A stretch of DNA of 64,000 bases, taken from positions 1 through 64,000 of the forward strand of contig PDIP01000110.1 in NCBI GenBank assembly GCA_002811645.1. Direction: 5' to 3'. This stretch comes from Corallochytrium limacisporum Hawaii (taxonomy: Eukaryota > Protista > Pluriformea). Under the pieces are notes generated by a model, which did no database searches, was not told the origin of the DNA, and saw nothing but the letters and a program-made list of their open reading frames with translations. Shown piece after piece: positions 24,444 to 36,730 of this stretch; within the stretch, counting starts at the first letter, position 1, and each line of letters begins with the position of its first letter. The position numbers were made by a program, and so were the translations under genes.

Positions 24444-25694
24444 CTACACGACAGCGGCGGTTTTCAGGCGTGCTTGTCCCTTGGGTTCGTTGAATGGCTT
24501 GTTGATCTGCGACATCATCCAGTCCTCCTCATCCGCGGCCTTGTGCCTTGTTCCTTGTTGATAAGAAGGTAGGACTTCCCCGGCGTCCTTTGCAGTGCGT
24601 TTCAGATAGACATAGGCATCGGTGCCGTAGCCTTCCATACTAATGAGCTGCAAATCCCCGCCAAAGTAACGCGCATACAGACGACTAAGAGGGAGACCGT
24701 AACCGAAACCGGCCAGAGGGGCATGATTCATATCGGTGGCAGCGCCTTCTTCGAGAGCCGGGGTGGAAGCAGTGGTATACAGATAGGTGAACAGCTGCTG
24801 GATGCTCTTACGCGGAATACCACCGCCTTCATCGCTAAGCTTCACAGTGAGGTCCCGTTCTCCCTCGACAATGATGCACTTGACCGGAGGATAATCGACG
24901 GCATCCGGGCCGTAGAACTCAATGGTTGCCCGCAACGAATTCTTCATGATCTCAAAAAGGATGTGGTACAGATGCGACGGCACGTAGGGGAAAGTCACGC
25001 GGTCCTCCCGGTTCGGGGTAATGACCTGTACATTGGGGGATGCAAAGTAGTACTGCTCGCAAAGGAACTTGGCTGCCTGCGCTGCGTCCTGTGCGATCGA
25101 GTTCACGTCACAGTTGAGGTCAATCACGCCCAATCCAGGGGTCTTCTTCACGCCAAATAGTTCCACATGCTGAGCAATGAGCATACGGATACCAATACGG
25201 CTCATGTAGAATCGGTCCAGGAAGGTGTGAATGCTGGCATCCAGGGCATCCTCGCCTGCGTTGTTCCGCAGTTCCATGATGCCTTGTGCCATGGTGGTCA
25301 CAACCGGAGCGTGGCGCGTACGGATAGTTTCGAGCAGGTCAGTGAATCCGTGCACATACTCTTCACCCTTGCGCTCAATCTCTTCTGCTGGGGGCCACTT
25401 CAACAGCTCCTCAAATGACTGAATATACCATGACCTCACCTTCTCGACGGAAGGCATGCGCAGCAACTGTCCCGGAAGCGCATCGAATTCTTTGACCATA
25501 TGGGCCAGACGAACAGGGATTTCATTGCGGAGGAACATGCAGCTCCGAATGGGGGCGTCGTGATTTTTGTTCGCAGCAAATTCTGCGAACTGGTGAATGC
25601 TGACCGGAGTCTGTTTGTACCTGGCGTACTGTGCCAAAGATTCGCTGACGTTCGGTGTAGCGCACCGGCGAAGGACGAAAGTAAAGCGAACCAT
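24444..25694 (-). CDS. PDK: mitochondrial pyruvate dehydrogenase kinase (PDK/BCKDK family)
   Basis: FLRNEIPVRLAH, FLDRFYMSRIGIRMLIAQH, YVPSHLYHILFEIMKNSLRA, SDEGGGIP, PLAGFGYGLPLSRLYARYFGGDL..SMEGYGTD. Confidence 0.95.
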   Translation of the reverse strand: MVRFTFVLRRCATPNVSESLAQYARYKQTPVSIHQFAEFAANKNHDAPIRSCMFLRNEIPVRLAHMVKEFDALPGQLLRMPSVEKVRSWYIQSFEELLKWPPAEEIERKGEEYVHGFTDLLETIRTRHAPVVTTMAQGIMELRNNAGEDALDASIHTFLDRFYMSRIGIRMLIAQHVELFGVKKTPGLGVIDLNCDVNSIAQDAAQAAKFLCEQYYFASPNVQVITPNREDRVTFPYVPSHLYHILFEIMKNSLRATIEFYGPDAVDYPPVKCIIVEGERDLTVKLSDEGGGIPRKSIQQLFTYLYTTASTPALEEGAATDMNHAPLAGFGYGLPLSRLYARYFGGDLQLISMEGYGTDAYVYLKRTAKDAGEVLPSYQQGTRHKAADEEDWMMSQINKPFNEPKGQARLKTAAVV

Positions 25695-26382
25695 GGTGTT
25701 TCAAGATGTTTCAATAGTAATTCGCTCTTCTCGTTCGTGCAATTTGTTTTACCTTGGGTTTATAACCTTGGTTGAAGATTAAGACAATTGTTTTTGATAC
25801 CGTTTTGTATGGATGCGCAACTCTACTGAATAGGCTTAGGCAGGCAAATGCTCCTGTTTTTCATCAACGATTTGTATGTCCTGGGTTTCTCCATGTCTTT
25901 CCCGTTACTGGTCCATTTCCTTGATCGTTTGTCGTTTCCGTCTGATCTTCTTCCTTGTCTATGTGTCAGTAGGGTTGTGAAGAAACAAACCATTGGGTAG
26001 TTCATTTGACGAAGACGTGATTCACGAAGTACCTGCAGCACCACAAACCCAAGAAGAAACCACCAAAATTTGAATTTATATGCTTGGTTTTGTGTCTCCA
26101 CTTTAGGGTTGTATCTTGTCTCCTTTTGTATTCTTTGAAAACCGCCGCCGGAACCCATCTGCTGTCTCATCAACACGCTCACTTGCACGATCACCAGAAC
26201 TGTCCGCAGAAGCTCGCTCGCTTCGCCCCTAAAACTGCCTCTTCTCTTGCTCGCTTCTTGCTCTCTCGCTCGTTCAGTTTTCGTCTCGTTCCATCCGCCC
26301 ACCCTTTGGTCCCCGTGTTCCCCTTCATTCTGTGAGTGCTAAAAAAGGTGCAGGTCTTGCAATCCGCCCAACACCCGTTCTC

Positions 26383-26440
26383 CTCTCTCTCTCTCTCTCT
26401 TTCTCCCTCTCGCTCTCTCTCTCCCTCTGCGTCTCTGTGT

Positions 26441-26535
<95 letters not shown>

Positions 26536-26552
26536 TCTCTCTCTCTCTCTCT
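26383..26552. repeat. compound microsatellite (CT)n-(GT)~45-(CT)n
   Basis: Perfect TG run at about 26444-26534 flanked by CT runs. Confidence 0.97.
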
Positions 26553-29500
26553 CGCTCTCGTTTTATCATCTTGCCATTTTCCATTTTTGTTTTTTTGGTT
26601 CAGAAGAAGTGGAGAGGGGAAGAGCATTGATTGTGACGGAGGAGAGGATTCCATTTCTTTTTTTCTTTTTTTTTTCTTGTTTCCCTCTTTTTTGTTGACT
26701 GTCCGGTCGTTGAAAATCTGGTGACTTCCTCGAATCTGAGAGGTGGCTGACATCCCTCACCATAATGGAGACCGCCACCACCATAAACAATACTAAAACT
26801 GTGTATACGTAGACCTTAGATGTGGCAATCGGTGAACTTGGCCTTACGGGAGACCGTGTCACATGTGCCCTCCGTTTCCTCTTGGTCGGCGAAGCACCGG
26901 GCTGCTGACGATCCCGTCCCTGTGCTCAACGCGGACCCGTGCCGTTTGTTTCGGTTGGTCACGTCTCCGTCGTATTTCTCCTAACATTAAATATATGCAT
27001 GAGGTATTTCGACTGAGGTCGTCCACATTTCCTTGTTCTTTTACCTTTTTAGATTCCAATTTTCAGTGTGTTCATCCAATTCTCCGGTTCTCGCTGGACG
27101 CAAACGGACACCACGAAATTAACCAACGAGAACACGAGAGGCGATGGAATCAAGTACTTAATATACTGTGTATACCAGACCCGCGGCAACTGCAGTGATT
27201 TCAATTCCAGCAAGCCACACAACGAAATTACAGGACAGCAGGCAGCACACTACGCACACGCCTCTCTTCTCCCGATGTGGAACAAACAACGACTATGGAT
27301 GATGGATGATGAGTGAGAGGAGTATTGCAGGACTAATAGAGAGGAGTAAGGACGGACCAAGGGAGAGACGACGGAGAGAGACAAGGAGTGAGAGAGGGGA
27401 GAGGGAGGGCGCACCCGTGACGCACCATGTCACGAGTAAGGGACGGTGTGATTATGAAGATGGGCCGCGGTGGTGGTCAGATGACACGCAGGAGAGAAGA
27501 GAGGGGGGGGGGACCGGGCCAAAGCGAAGAAGAGTCAGCAGTGGTGTTTGGTGCTTGGGACAAAAGGAAAGGAAAATGAGGGAAGGCACACGCAATTTCT
27601 TACCGTAGCTCACTTTTCTTCCGCCATCTCTCATACAAAAATCACGGGTTGGACACTAAGAACGAAACAAAAGAAATACAACAAAAGGGAGAAGGTTCAT
27701 GGCAAGGAATTCAAACACACACACACACAGAGGCGCGGGACTTCGGATTAAAAGCAGACGATCGAGCCGAGCGTGGCGACATTGAAAGCGAAAGGAGAAA
27801 CTGTCCGCTCATATGTTTTTCTTCAAATGCTAAAACAGAATCGGTCCACTCTGGTAGCATCGTTGCGCGTACCCCCTAACCCACCCCTTCCTTTTTCTCA
27901 GTCTTTTCACGCCGTAGGCAGGCGATGACCGATGCAGAAAATTTGTTCCTCGGTGGGTGGTGTTGGCGAACATCTCGTCGCAGCCACCAACAAAACCCGG
28001 TCCTTGGAAGAGAAACGAATGGAGGATGGTAAATGCTCAATGCTACCTATGCTGGGCACCGTTTTTAACACTATCTTATCATCAAAATTGAAAGGATTAC
28101 GAACGCAGGTACGGAGAGTATGGGTAGCATGGTACGCTGACAGATGGCGAAGCGCATCGCTCGGGTCCGCCCCGCGACCCTGTGCCCATAGGAGAAATTT
28201 TGTTGACTATTGATCAAGCGGCTGCAATAAATTTCAGTATATTTACTACTGAAATCATTAGATATCACTCCAGGATTGGTTCCACACCAAAATGGGCAGG
28301 CGGAGATCCATTTGCGGTCCTTTCCAGAGGTTTGCCTTGTTTTAGTATAGACACGAATTCTCTGCCGTCTCTCGGGGTCACCGAGCAGTTTTATCTCCCC
28401 CCCCCTAAGCCTAACAGTTGCGATCCCGGGCGGGTGTCACCAGGTGCCCGGCGTATATTTCAATACATTCACTACTTCATTCTGGGTTATGAGTAATTCG
28501 ATGACGGTGCAGAATTTGTTCTATCGGCACGATTAGCACAAGGACCTCGCGAAAAAAAATACTGAGAAAGTTTTGAACTTTCCCTTTTACCTTTGGATAT
28601 TCCGTACATTTGTTCAGTATCAAAACATCCCAACAGCACTAATGTCGGCATATCCTCCCGACCGTCTTGTCCCGCTGGGGGGGGGGGAGACGGAACGATT
28701 TCTTTATAAACATCTTGGCCACGCGCAAGCATTTGAATGATGCAGCCCGAAGCACAACACACACTGGCACCTAAAACGGCGTTTTACTGCTTCTTCTTGC
28801 AGGTGGAACTGACATGGTGGTCGGGCCTTTTAAACTCGCATTCACTGTCTTATCTCAACCCTTCCCCTTTTTCTTAATTCCTTTTTATTTTCATTATATT
28901 CGGCACTTTCACACATAAAGTTAGTACTGAACTAACGACACGGAAACAAAGGCAGACCAAGACCACGGTAACCCACACACAAAAAGAGAACCGAAATTAA
29001 ACGTACAAGAACTCCCCCGAAATAAACACAAAATGAAATAGAAAAGAAAGAAAAACAGGCTAAAAAAGAAAGACAAACACAGAAGAAAGAATTATTAAAG
29101 GAAAAGGGTCGCACAAGAACACCCAACAAAGAATGTTTTCAACGTAGGGCGGTGTTATTTCCGACATGTGATGCTGGGGTGATCTAGCGGGTGGTGGGAC
29201 GCAGACCGGTAGGGTAATATGTCAAAAAGATGTAAGATGTACACGTCAGCACATTGATCAGCAATTCTTTACCTACGCTCATTATATATTAATCTCTGCT
29301 ACTGTGAATTAATCCTGGGAAGAGGTATAGCAGTAGCAGGGGATTGGCCAGCTGGGACCGGGTCTCGACCCCGTGATAGCGGGGGGCATGTGCCCGAACG
29401 TGTTCGTCACACCGTGGCTTTTTAATCTCTCTCTCAGAGCTCGCTCCCCACTCCTTCCCTCTCCCGACCTCCCCCCACTCTCTCACTATCTCTCTCAGTG

Positions 29501-29595
29501 TGCTACTTCTCTGTTAATTTTCAAGTGTTCTTCGCCTCAGCGGGGCCCCGTTTCGTGCTTCCCCCATTTCCTTCCTTCCTTCCCCCCCCCCTCCC

Positions 29596-30025
29596 NNNNN
29601 NNNNNNNNNNNNNNNNNNNNNNNNNNNNNNNNNNNNNNNNNNNNNNNNNNNNNNNNNNNNNNNNNNNNNNNNNNNNNNNNNNNNNNNNNNNNNNNNNNNN
29701 NNNNNNNNNNNNNNNNNNNNNNNNNNNNNNNNNNNNNNNNNNNNNNNNNNNNNNNNNNNNNNNNNNNNNNNNNNNNNNNNNNNNNNNNNNNNNNNNNNNN
29801 NNNNNNNNNNNNNNNNNNNNNNNNNNNNNNNNNNNNNNNNNNNNNNNNNNNNNNNNNNNNNNNNNNNNNNNNNNNNNNNNNNNNNNNNNNNNNNNNNNNN
29901 NNNNNNNNNNNNNNNNNNNNNNNNNNNNNNNNNNNNNNNNNNNNNNNNNNNNNNNNNNNNNNNNNNNNNNNNNNNNNNNNNNNNNNNNNNNNNNNNNNNN
30001 NNNNNNNNNNNNNNNNNNNNNNNNN
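29596..30025. other. assembly gap (N run), followed by a (GT)n run to about 30068
   Basis: Run of N abutting a GT microsatellite. Confidence 1.
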
Positions 30026-30071
<46 letters not shown>

Positions 30072-31085
30072 ACAGAGGTGACACTTTGCCACGAGAAAGA
30101 GATACTGAACGAATGAACGGACAAGATCGCCTTTCATTCTTCCGGTACTTGGCGTATGAAAGCTTCTACGGGCTGAATATTTCTGCACCCGCCGTTTTTT
30201 CCGTGCTCCCCCCCCTGCCTCCTCTCCGAAGAATCACGCCGGCGCTTGCCTCCCGGGACGGAGGCCATTGTTGGTACTGAACGTACCGAGAATTGCAGCG
30301 AGCCTGCGGAAGCAAGCAACCGGAAAGTGACTCGAAACACCACCAGGACTCCACTCGATGGGGCCTTCAGATAGGTATTGCAATCGATAGATGTCATAAA
30401 TTCAATACTTGGCATATTAAAAATTCTCCGCTTTGACACGTATTGGGTAACTGTGCAAGAAGAATTTTCATATGCTTCTCTGCCATCACAAACTACGACA
30501 TTCTCGAAAGGTCTCTGCGGAGAATTTATCAATACTGTCACAAAATATAAAGCTATTTACTATTCAAAATGTATTCTGATGGGATGATAGAGCTATTGCA
30601 TAGACGCTTTATCGCTGGCATTGTTCAACCGTCCTGTGTCCTCCTTGTCCCAGATTAAGGAGAAGGCGAAGCCGCGAAACAGGAGAAAAAATACAGACCA
30701 GAAATTCTGCTGGGCAGTTTGTTCCCGGAGGGGGTGTGTCGCAAAAATCTTCATTGGCCCATACGCTCAGTACTGGTTTACTGCGGGCACCTATCGTCAG
30801 GAAAGTGGGAGAGTGGGAATCACACTGCCCCTTCCCCCCCCCTCTTTCTTTTTTCGGGGAGCCCGCAGAGGAAGGTCAGTGCGGGGTTCGGTAGTGGCCC
30901 CTCCCCCCTTGCCCACCGCAAGCGGGGGCCGGCGGAAAGCGAAGGGTGAAATTCTGCGGGGAAGGGGGGGTTGGGTTGGGTTGGGCTGTGTCCAGAAAGG
31001 CCCCTTTTTTTTTTGGTTTTTCTTTTCGATTTTGTCTCCGAGCGCAGGGAGACGAACCCACGGACCCGGGCCCCGAGGGGCCAAA

Positions 31086-31089
<4 letters not shown>

Positions 31090-31132
<43 letters not shown>
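31090..31132. repeat. (GA)n microsatellite
   Basis: Perfect GA run. Similar CA/CT/GA runs occur at about 2535, 3295-3394, 11866-11908, 12385-12424 and 59670-59699. Confidence 0.95.
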
Positions 31133-31137
<5 letters not shown>

Positions 31138-32495
31138 AAAAAGAAAAAGAAAATATTTAAGAAAACGAAAACACCGGGCCGACTCAGTCTCCGGTGCGTG
31201 GGTGTGTGTGTTTGTGCTCTGTCAGGCCCTTTCCAGTGCTTTAAATGCCTCACCCTCTGCACACCGCTCCCCGCGCGGAGGGGGAGGTGTGTGTGTGTGT
31301 GTGTGTCTCTGTGTCTGTCTGAAGTGTCCCTGCACACCGTCCGTAGACTTCTCCACGGGCACAATACCACAGATAAAACATGTGATTTCCTCGGTGCAAA
31401 AAGTTGTAGCGGGGGGAGGCTTCGGTCTCGTCTCTGTCTCTCTCTCTCACTCTCGCTCTCTTTCTTTCGTTTAACTTCCCTAGCTTTTTTTGGTGGTTCC
31501 TGTTTTATTTACTTTCTTTGGGCCCTGTCCATTCTTTTGTAAATGTTTTATATTACTTTTACACCGCCTCTCCTGCCCGGCCGGAGATCTCTTTTTCGCC
31601 CGAGTATTCGGTATCCAATATACGGCTTCGGGAACTAATACGGTTCTTTGTCCATCGCTTGATACGCACTCGCTTTTCTTTTTCTTTTTTTCATTTGCGC
31701 TTCGCGAGATCTCTGCTTTTTTTTTGTACTGGCCAATTTCTGGGTCAAATCTCCCGGTTTTTTTTAATATTTGTGTATGCGCGGCCACACTGGATTTTTT
31801 TTGTTTCTTTCTTTCTTTCTATCTTTCTTTTTTCCTTGCCTTGCTTGCTTCGTGTTTCTGCTCTTCTTTGGGGGGGAGGGGGGGGTGCCTAACTTTCCTT
31901 CTTCTTTTTCTTTTCATTTTTCTCTCTTTGTTTGAAACCGCCGCGCGCTTCCACCCCGCTGTCGCCCGCGCGGACCACCCCCCCCCCCAGTCCGTTCGCC
32001 CCGCACTTCGGGCTCCGGCGCGGAGAGATAGATAGTATCAATTCGCTGCTTCCTGGGGAGTGGCATCGATCAAAGGGACGGCTCCTATGTGATGTGACCT
32101 GCTTTGAGAATCGTATGTTCAGTATGTAGACAGCCACTCCCGTTCTGAGGAAGGGGGTATCACCCGCACGGTGTTTTATCATCACTGCAACCAACACACA
32201 CGCTCACGCAGCGATCGACCCGCACACGTGGTGCCAGCAGCAAAAAACATTAGTACTCCTCAATTCTATAGTGAATATATGGACTTTACACATCTTAACA
32301 GCGGGGAATCGGTCAGCAAAAGCAGCTGCTGGGAAAACAGCGACGGGTTTCGACCTAATCACAACGGACGCTGCCGTTGTGTACGTGGGTGCCTTTCTGG
32401 GTCTCCGACCACGCGTTGTTCTGTTCACTACCATGCTCGTGTGTACGTGGTCGCTTGTTACTGATGGAGACGATACCGCCGACCCATCCACATCA

Positions 32496-35400
32496 TCAAT
32501 CTTCAATGTCGATGATCTCATACTCAGAACCTGATTCCGTGTCCTCGGAGCTGTCAGTGGCGGACAGGAGCATTACCTCGTCGTCTCTGTCCTCATCATT
32601 CTCTTCATAATCGCTTGTGATGTAGGTCACTTCTTCCTTCTTCATATCGCTCTTTTGATCCCCGGACAAGCGCATCTCAGGTGCGCTGACAGAGGGCTTG
32701 ATAGATGACATCTCACTAATCGGTAACTCTTCCTCTTCCTTGGGGCAATCAAATTTCATGGAGTGCGCCGTTCCAGTGGTCTCCACCGTGGTCGTTGAGA
32801 CTCCAGCAGTGTCCGCAGCAGCTTCTTCGGCCCCGCAATCACAGACTCGTTCCTCGACCATGGGTAAGCTCAGGTTCTTGGTCGCGAAGCGCCTCTCCAC
32901 GGTATCAATACCAGTGAGTACTTCGACATGGACCTCCTTGAGCTGACCGATACGATGAATGCGGTTGACTGCTTGATGGAAGGTACGGAGATCATCGTTG
33001 GGCTCCAGGATGAACATATGAGCGGCACAAATGATATTGATACCATACGAGGCACTGTTCATGTCCATAATCAGAACGGAAGTGTTCGGGTCTTTGGCAA
33101 ATGCTTCCAGCTTCTGACCGTATTGGTACGCATTTTCTGTCTTTGAACGGCGGTAGAAGGAAAACTTTTCAGTCACGTACGCGTTGTCTACCTTGCTCAT
33201 GTCCAGACCAGCCGGTCCTTGGTTCGCCTTTGCGCGCCTCTTGTTGCGTCGCCCGCGGTCGGTTGTTGATTTGCCAATCTTTTCAGGCCGAGAGCTGACC
33301 ACATTGGAGGTTACATAGAAATCGACATACTGAATTCGAGCCAATTCCAGACCTTCCACAGTGTAAGCTAGGGATACCAGATCCGAACTTATGATCACTG
33401 TCTTTTCTTTGCCTGCCACCAGTGTGCGCAGACGACCCAGCAAGTAGTCCAGCTTGGTGGACGTGGTTACAACTTTGCGAGGCATCAGGCACATGCGCTG
33501 GTGGAGACTACGGAAATCGGCCACATCCCGTGGGTCATTTCCGATGTCGTATGATACCAGGTCCAGGAGTTCCTCGCCCGTTTCCTCCTTGCACAACTTC
33601 TGCATGCGGGCGTCCCAGGTATTGATCTTTTCTTCGCCAGTCGACCAAAAAGCCATTGCTCGGCGTACGGCCGTACGGTAGGCATAACCCACAGGTCCGA
33701 ATATGATACGTTCCAGGGCACTTCCCGGAGACAGCGAATCGCTTTCTCGGGTCCCAAGGATAATCTCACCGGAGTAACCACAGATTGGTAGCACGTCATT
33801 GATCACATACGTTACACCGATGGCCTCTACCTTCTTAGCAAAGAAATCGTCATACTGGCGGGCGATCAACTCTGTCATCTTCGGGCACGCGTCGATTCGC
33901 GGCGGCTTGAATTCCTCGTGCCAGCCTTCCGTCTCCTTCATGCGGAGAGGATCCATGTAGAAGCAAGCCGCGCTCTTATCGTCTGGCATAGCCAACTCTT
34001 TGTGGCGTGCATACTCGTACGGCGACAGGGCAAGCTGGCGTGCGATGATGCGTTGCCCAGGAAGTAGCTCCTCCGGCAGATGTTCCCATCCGAAGCGGAC
34101 CACAAACAGTTGTAGGTATTGTGCAGCCAAGTCAATGGATTGTTGGTCTTGACTTTCAAGAGCAATCTGCCACTTTGAACGGCTCATGCCCGTCTCACCA
34201 CTGTTCCGGAACAGGCTGGACACGCCCAGGAATGCCAAAAAGGAATCCGCTTTCTCAAGCTGGGCGCTCCAGTGCGAAGAAGGCAAAGGCGTCGCACTTA
34301 CAATCCACCGGCTGCCCGCATGAATGCTTTGGCTCAACATGTGGGCCAGGTTGGTGGTGAGGTTGCTCATTCCGTGGCCCTCATCGATGACAATGGATCG
34401 CCACATGACCTTCTCGAACTCGCTTCTGTCAGGGGGCTTTTGACTGCTAATAATGATGTTGGCATATCTGGTCGGGTCATATACTTGGTTCATCGTGTCG
34501 TGTGTGACGAATACAATCTGTTGTTTGCGCATGACCTCCGCAGAGGGAACGTCGTCCCCTGGCGCAATAGAGATCACAGCGAAGTCACCTAGATCAAAGT
34601 GTTTGTAAAGCTCAGCCATCCAGTGACTCAACAGATTGGGTGGCACCACAACCAGAACCGCACAGGACACAAGTACCATTTCCATGGCATTGTTGGTAGC
34701 GGACCTGCGTGGTCGGTCAGTTTTCATGCGCCGGCCCAGATTCGTCCAGTAAAAGGGGCCCGTAAGTTTTTCGGTGATCTGATCCACAGCTGCTTCTGTC
34801 AGATAGTCGTTGCGCACCAAGTACCCAAGATTACAGCTACGCAAGACAGCATGACGTGCCAGAGATTCCAAGGATGCAGTCTTCTCCCCTTGGCGGTCCT
34901 TGCAATTCATGCACAGCCAGGTCTGGCCCTTCACCATTGGTGGAAACTGATACCCGGTCCAGGCGTCGTGAATTTGGAACCACTTTTCGAGACACCGGAC
35001 GTGAAAGATCTGTCGACACTTCACACATTCTGCCAGGTGCCGTGTCGACGTAATTTCTCGCGTGCTAAGCACATCCCCGCACATGCACGGCCTCGTGCGA
35101 GAATCACTGGCGAACAACTCTTCTCCGTTCTTGGTAACTTGCAAACCACCATACGTGTCCCAAAACTTATCCTCGCAATGGTATACTTCATTGACCGTCT
35201 CCCTGTCAATCAAGCGCATGATGTGTGCCAGCATGGTCAAGGTCTTTCCCGTACCAGTGTCCAGGCAAAGAATTCCACCCGCAGGTGCTTCCACGTGGGG
35301 ACATGCCCAATACCTTCGCTTGGCATTGTACGGATGGTACCATTGTCGTGTGCTCTCGTCATATCTATATACAGGATTGGGCACCTGGCGCAACTTGTTC

Positions 35401-36047
35401 TCTTCCAAGCGCCACATAGAATGTAAGGACGCTTTCTGATGTTCTAGAAGAATTGTGTTTAAATTCGGAACCCTGATTTCTTTCATATCCTTGGTAGGTA
35501 CCGGTGCGTGAGCGAAGAGGTTTGGGAATGTGGTTCGTACTGGAGACTCAGAACGGGCCGTTGACTTTGACAAACTCTCCTCTTCCTTCGCTTTGCTATC
35601 AAACTGTACTGATTTCTTCGATTTCTTCGGCTGAGATTTATTTTCCCATGACACCTTAAGTTTCCGCTTGCTATGTAACTGGCTTGCAGCGTATGCTGTA
35701 GCATGCCGGGCTATGACAACCTCATGCTGCTTTCCTGACGGACCCGCCGGAACGTACCCTTCCTCGAGGTCTTCAATCATTTTGCTGTCACTTGTGGGGT
35801 GGTGTTCAATTGATAATGACCGAGTACCATCTGGTGCTGCCGGAACCAGTTCCTCTTCGTTAGGTATGAACGGCGGGTGTGTACGTTCGTCGGTGTCGAA
35901 CACTGTGACACCAATGGCCGCTTTTGCTATTCCGTTCACGGACATTTTTCCAGCCTCGATGGCGCGACTGACAAAGCCAGTCTCGGTACTTACAGGTCCC
36001 ATGAATCCACCAGACTCTCGTGTCCTGAGAGGGTCCATCACAGTCAT
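32496..36047 (-). CDS. SNF2-family ATPase (Rad5/16-SHPRH-like) with an inserted PHD finger
   Basis: Q motif (LLEHQKASLHSM), motif I GGILCLDTGTGKT, Ia LVVVPPNLLSHW, II VIDEGH, III WIVSATP, STKLDYL, V GINIICA, VI QAVNRIHRIGQ. First in-frame ATG is at 36047; the true start is uncertain. Confidence 0.88.
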   Translation of the reverse strand: MTVMDPLRTRESGGFMGPVSTETGFVSRAIEAGKMSVNGIAKAAIGVTVFDTDERTHPPFIPNEEELVPAAPDGTRSLSIEHHPTSDSKMIEDLEEGYVPAGPSGKQHEVVIARHATAYAASQLHSKRKLKVSWENKSQPKKSKKSVQFDSKAKEEESLSKSTARSESPVRTTFPNLFAHAPVPTKDMKEIRVPNLNTILLEHQKASLHSMWRLEENKLRQVPNPVYRYDESTRQWYHPYNAKRRYWACPHVEAPAGGILCLDTGTGKTLTMLAHIMRLIDRETVNEVYHCEDKFWDTYGGLQVTKNGEELFASDSRTRPCMCGDVLSTREITSTRHLAECVKCRQIFHVRCLEKWFQIHDAWTGYQFPPMVKGQTWLCMNCKDRQGEKTASLESLARHAVLRSCNLGYLVRNDYLTEAAVDQITEKLTGPFYWTNLGRRMKTDRPRRSATNNAMEMVLVSCAVLVVVPPNLLSHWMAELYKHFDLGDFAVISIAPGDDVPSAEVMRKQQIVFVTHDTMNQVYDPTRYANIIISSQKPPDRSEFEKVMWRSIVIDEGHGMSNLTTNLAHMLSQSIHAGSRWIVSATPLPSSHWSAQLEKADSFLAFLGVSSLFRNSGETGMSRSKWQIALESQDQQSIDLAAQYLQLFVVRFGWEHLPEELLPGQRIIARQLALSPYEYARHKELAMPDDKSAACFYMDPLRMKETEGWHEEFKPPRIDACPKMTELIARQYDDFFAKKVEAIGVTYVINDVLPICGYSGEIILGTRESDSLSPGSALERIIFGPVGYAYRTAVRRAMAFWSTGEEKINTWDARMQKLCKEETGEELLDLVSYDIGNDPRDVADFRSLHQRMCLMPRKVVTTSTKLDYLLGRLRTLVAGKEKTVIISSDLVSLAYTVEGLELARIQYVDFYVTSNVVSSRPEKIGKSTTDRGRRNKRRAKANQGPAGLDMSKVDNAYVTEKFSFYRRSKTENAYQYGQKLEAFAKDPNTSVLIMDMNSASYGINIICAAHMFILEPNDDLRTFHQAVNRIHRIGQLKEVHVEVLTGIDTVERRFATKNLSLPMVEERVCDCGAEEAAADTAGVSTTTVETTGTAHSMKFDCPKEEEELPISEMSSIKPSVSAPEMRLSGDQKSDMKKEEVTYITSDYEENDEDRDDEVMLLSATDSSEDTESGSEYEIIDIED

Positions 36048-36730
36048 TCTACGCCATGCTAACTTTGCGCAAAAGCTCACCGGAACTACTGCTATTCTTC
36101 CTGCTCACAACCTCGTTGCGAACCCCGGATCACCTTTGATTTTGCACTAGTTACCTGCTGGGTTAACGAAAACATTTGCCTTAAGTACATCGGGTACACA
36201 CGCCGAAAGAATGGCTTTCTTTCAGAACGCGTTGAGAACCACAGAGTGACGCCGGCAGACCCGCGTTAGTGGCTGAGCACTGGTTCCGACGCGTCTCCCC
36301 GCGCGGGACTTCGACCACTCCGCGGGAGTGAGGGTCACACAGCTTGCGCTCGCTCCGAAGCGCTTTACATTTACTATGAAAATAGTGCAAGAGCATGTTT
36401 TTCACCTCAGCTCAATTCGCGGGTCCGGCATTTTTGCCGCTTTGTTCGAGAGCCGACCGCCTATGACGTCGGAGTTCAAGGCGCGCCGGGAAGTACGGGG
36501 GGCCCGAGTCGGGGCGCCGCGATGGAGCCATCGCTACGGTGATACCCACCTGGTGCGTTGGGACACCGAACAGAGCTACTTAGGTCTCGGATGCTGTGCG
36601 CTTCGTGGCGATTCGCAAACTTTTGCCCATGGAGACAATATGGTCGCTTGATAAACCTTTGCAGGATATGTTCTTTAGGATGATAATGCCGTGAACAGAC
36701 GCGCTGAACGAAGCAGCTGAGACTGCGGTC

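Noticed and set aside
26566-26862. ORF with a single transmembrane-like stretch
   Set aside because: Non-ATG start, runs into homopolymer and microsatellite sequence, no recognisable family.
28369-28445. tRNA-like 3' end (GTTGCGATCCCGGGCGGGTGTCACCA)
   Set aside because: No consistent cloverleaf, D-arm or acceptor pairing could be built.
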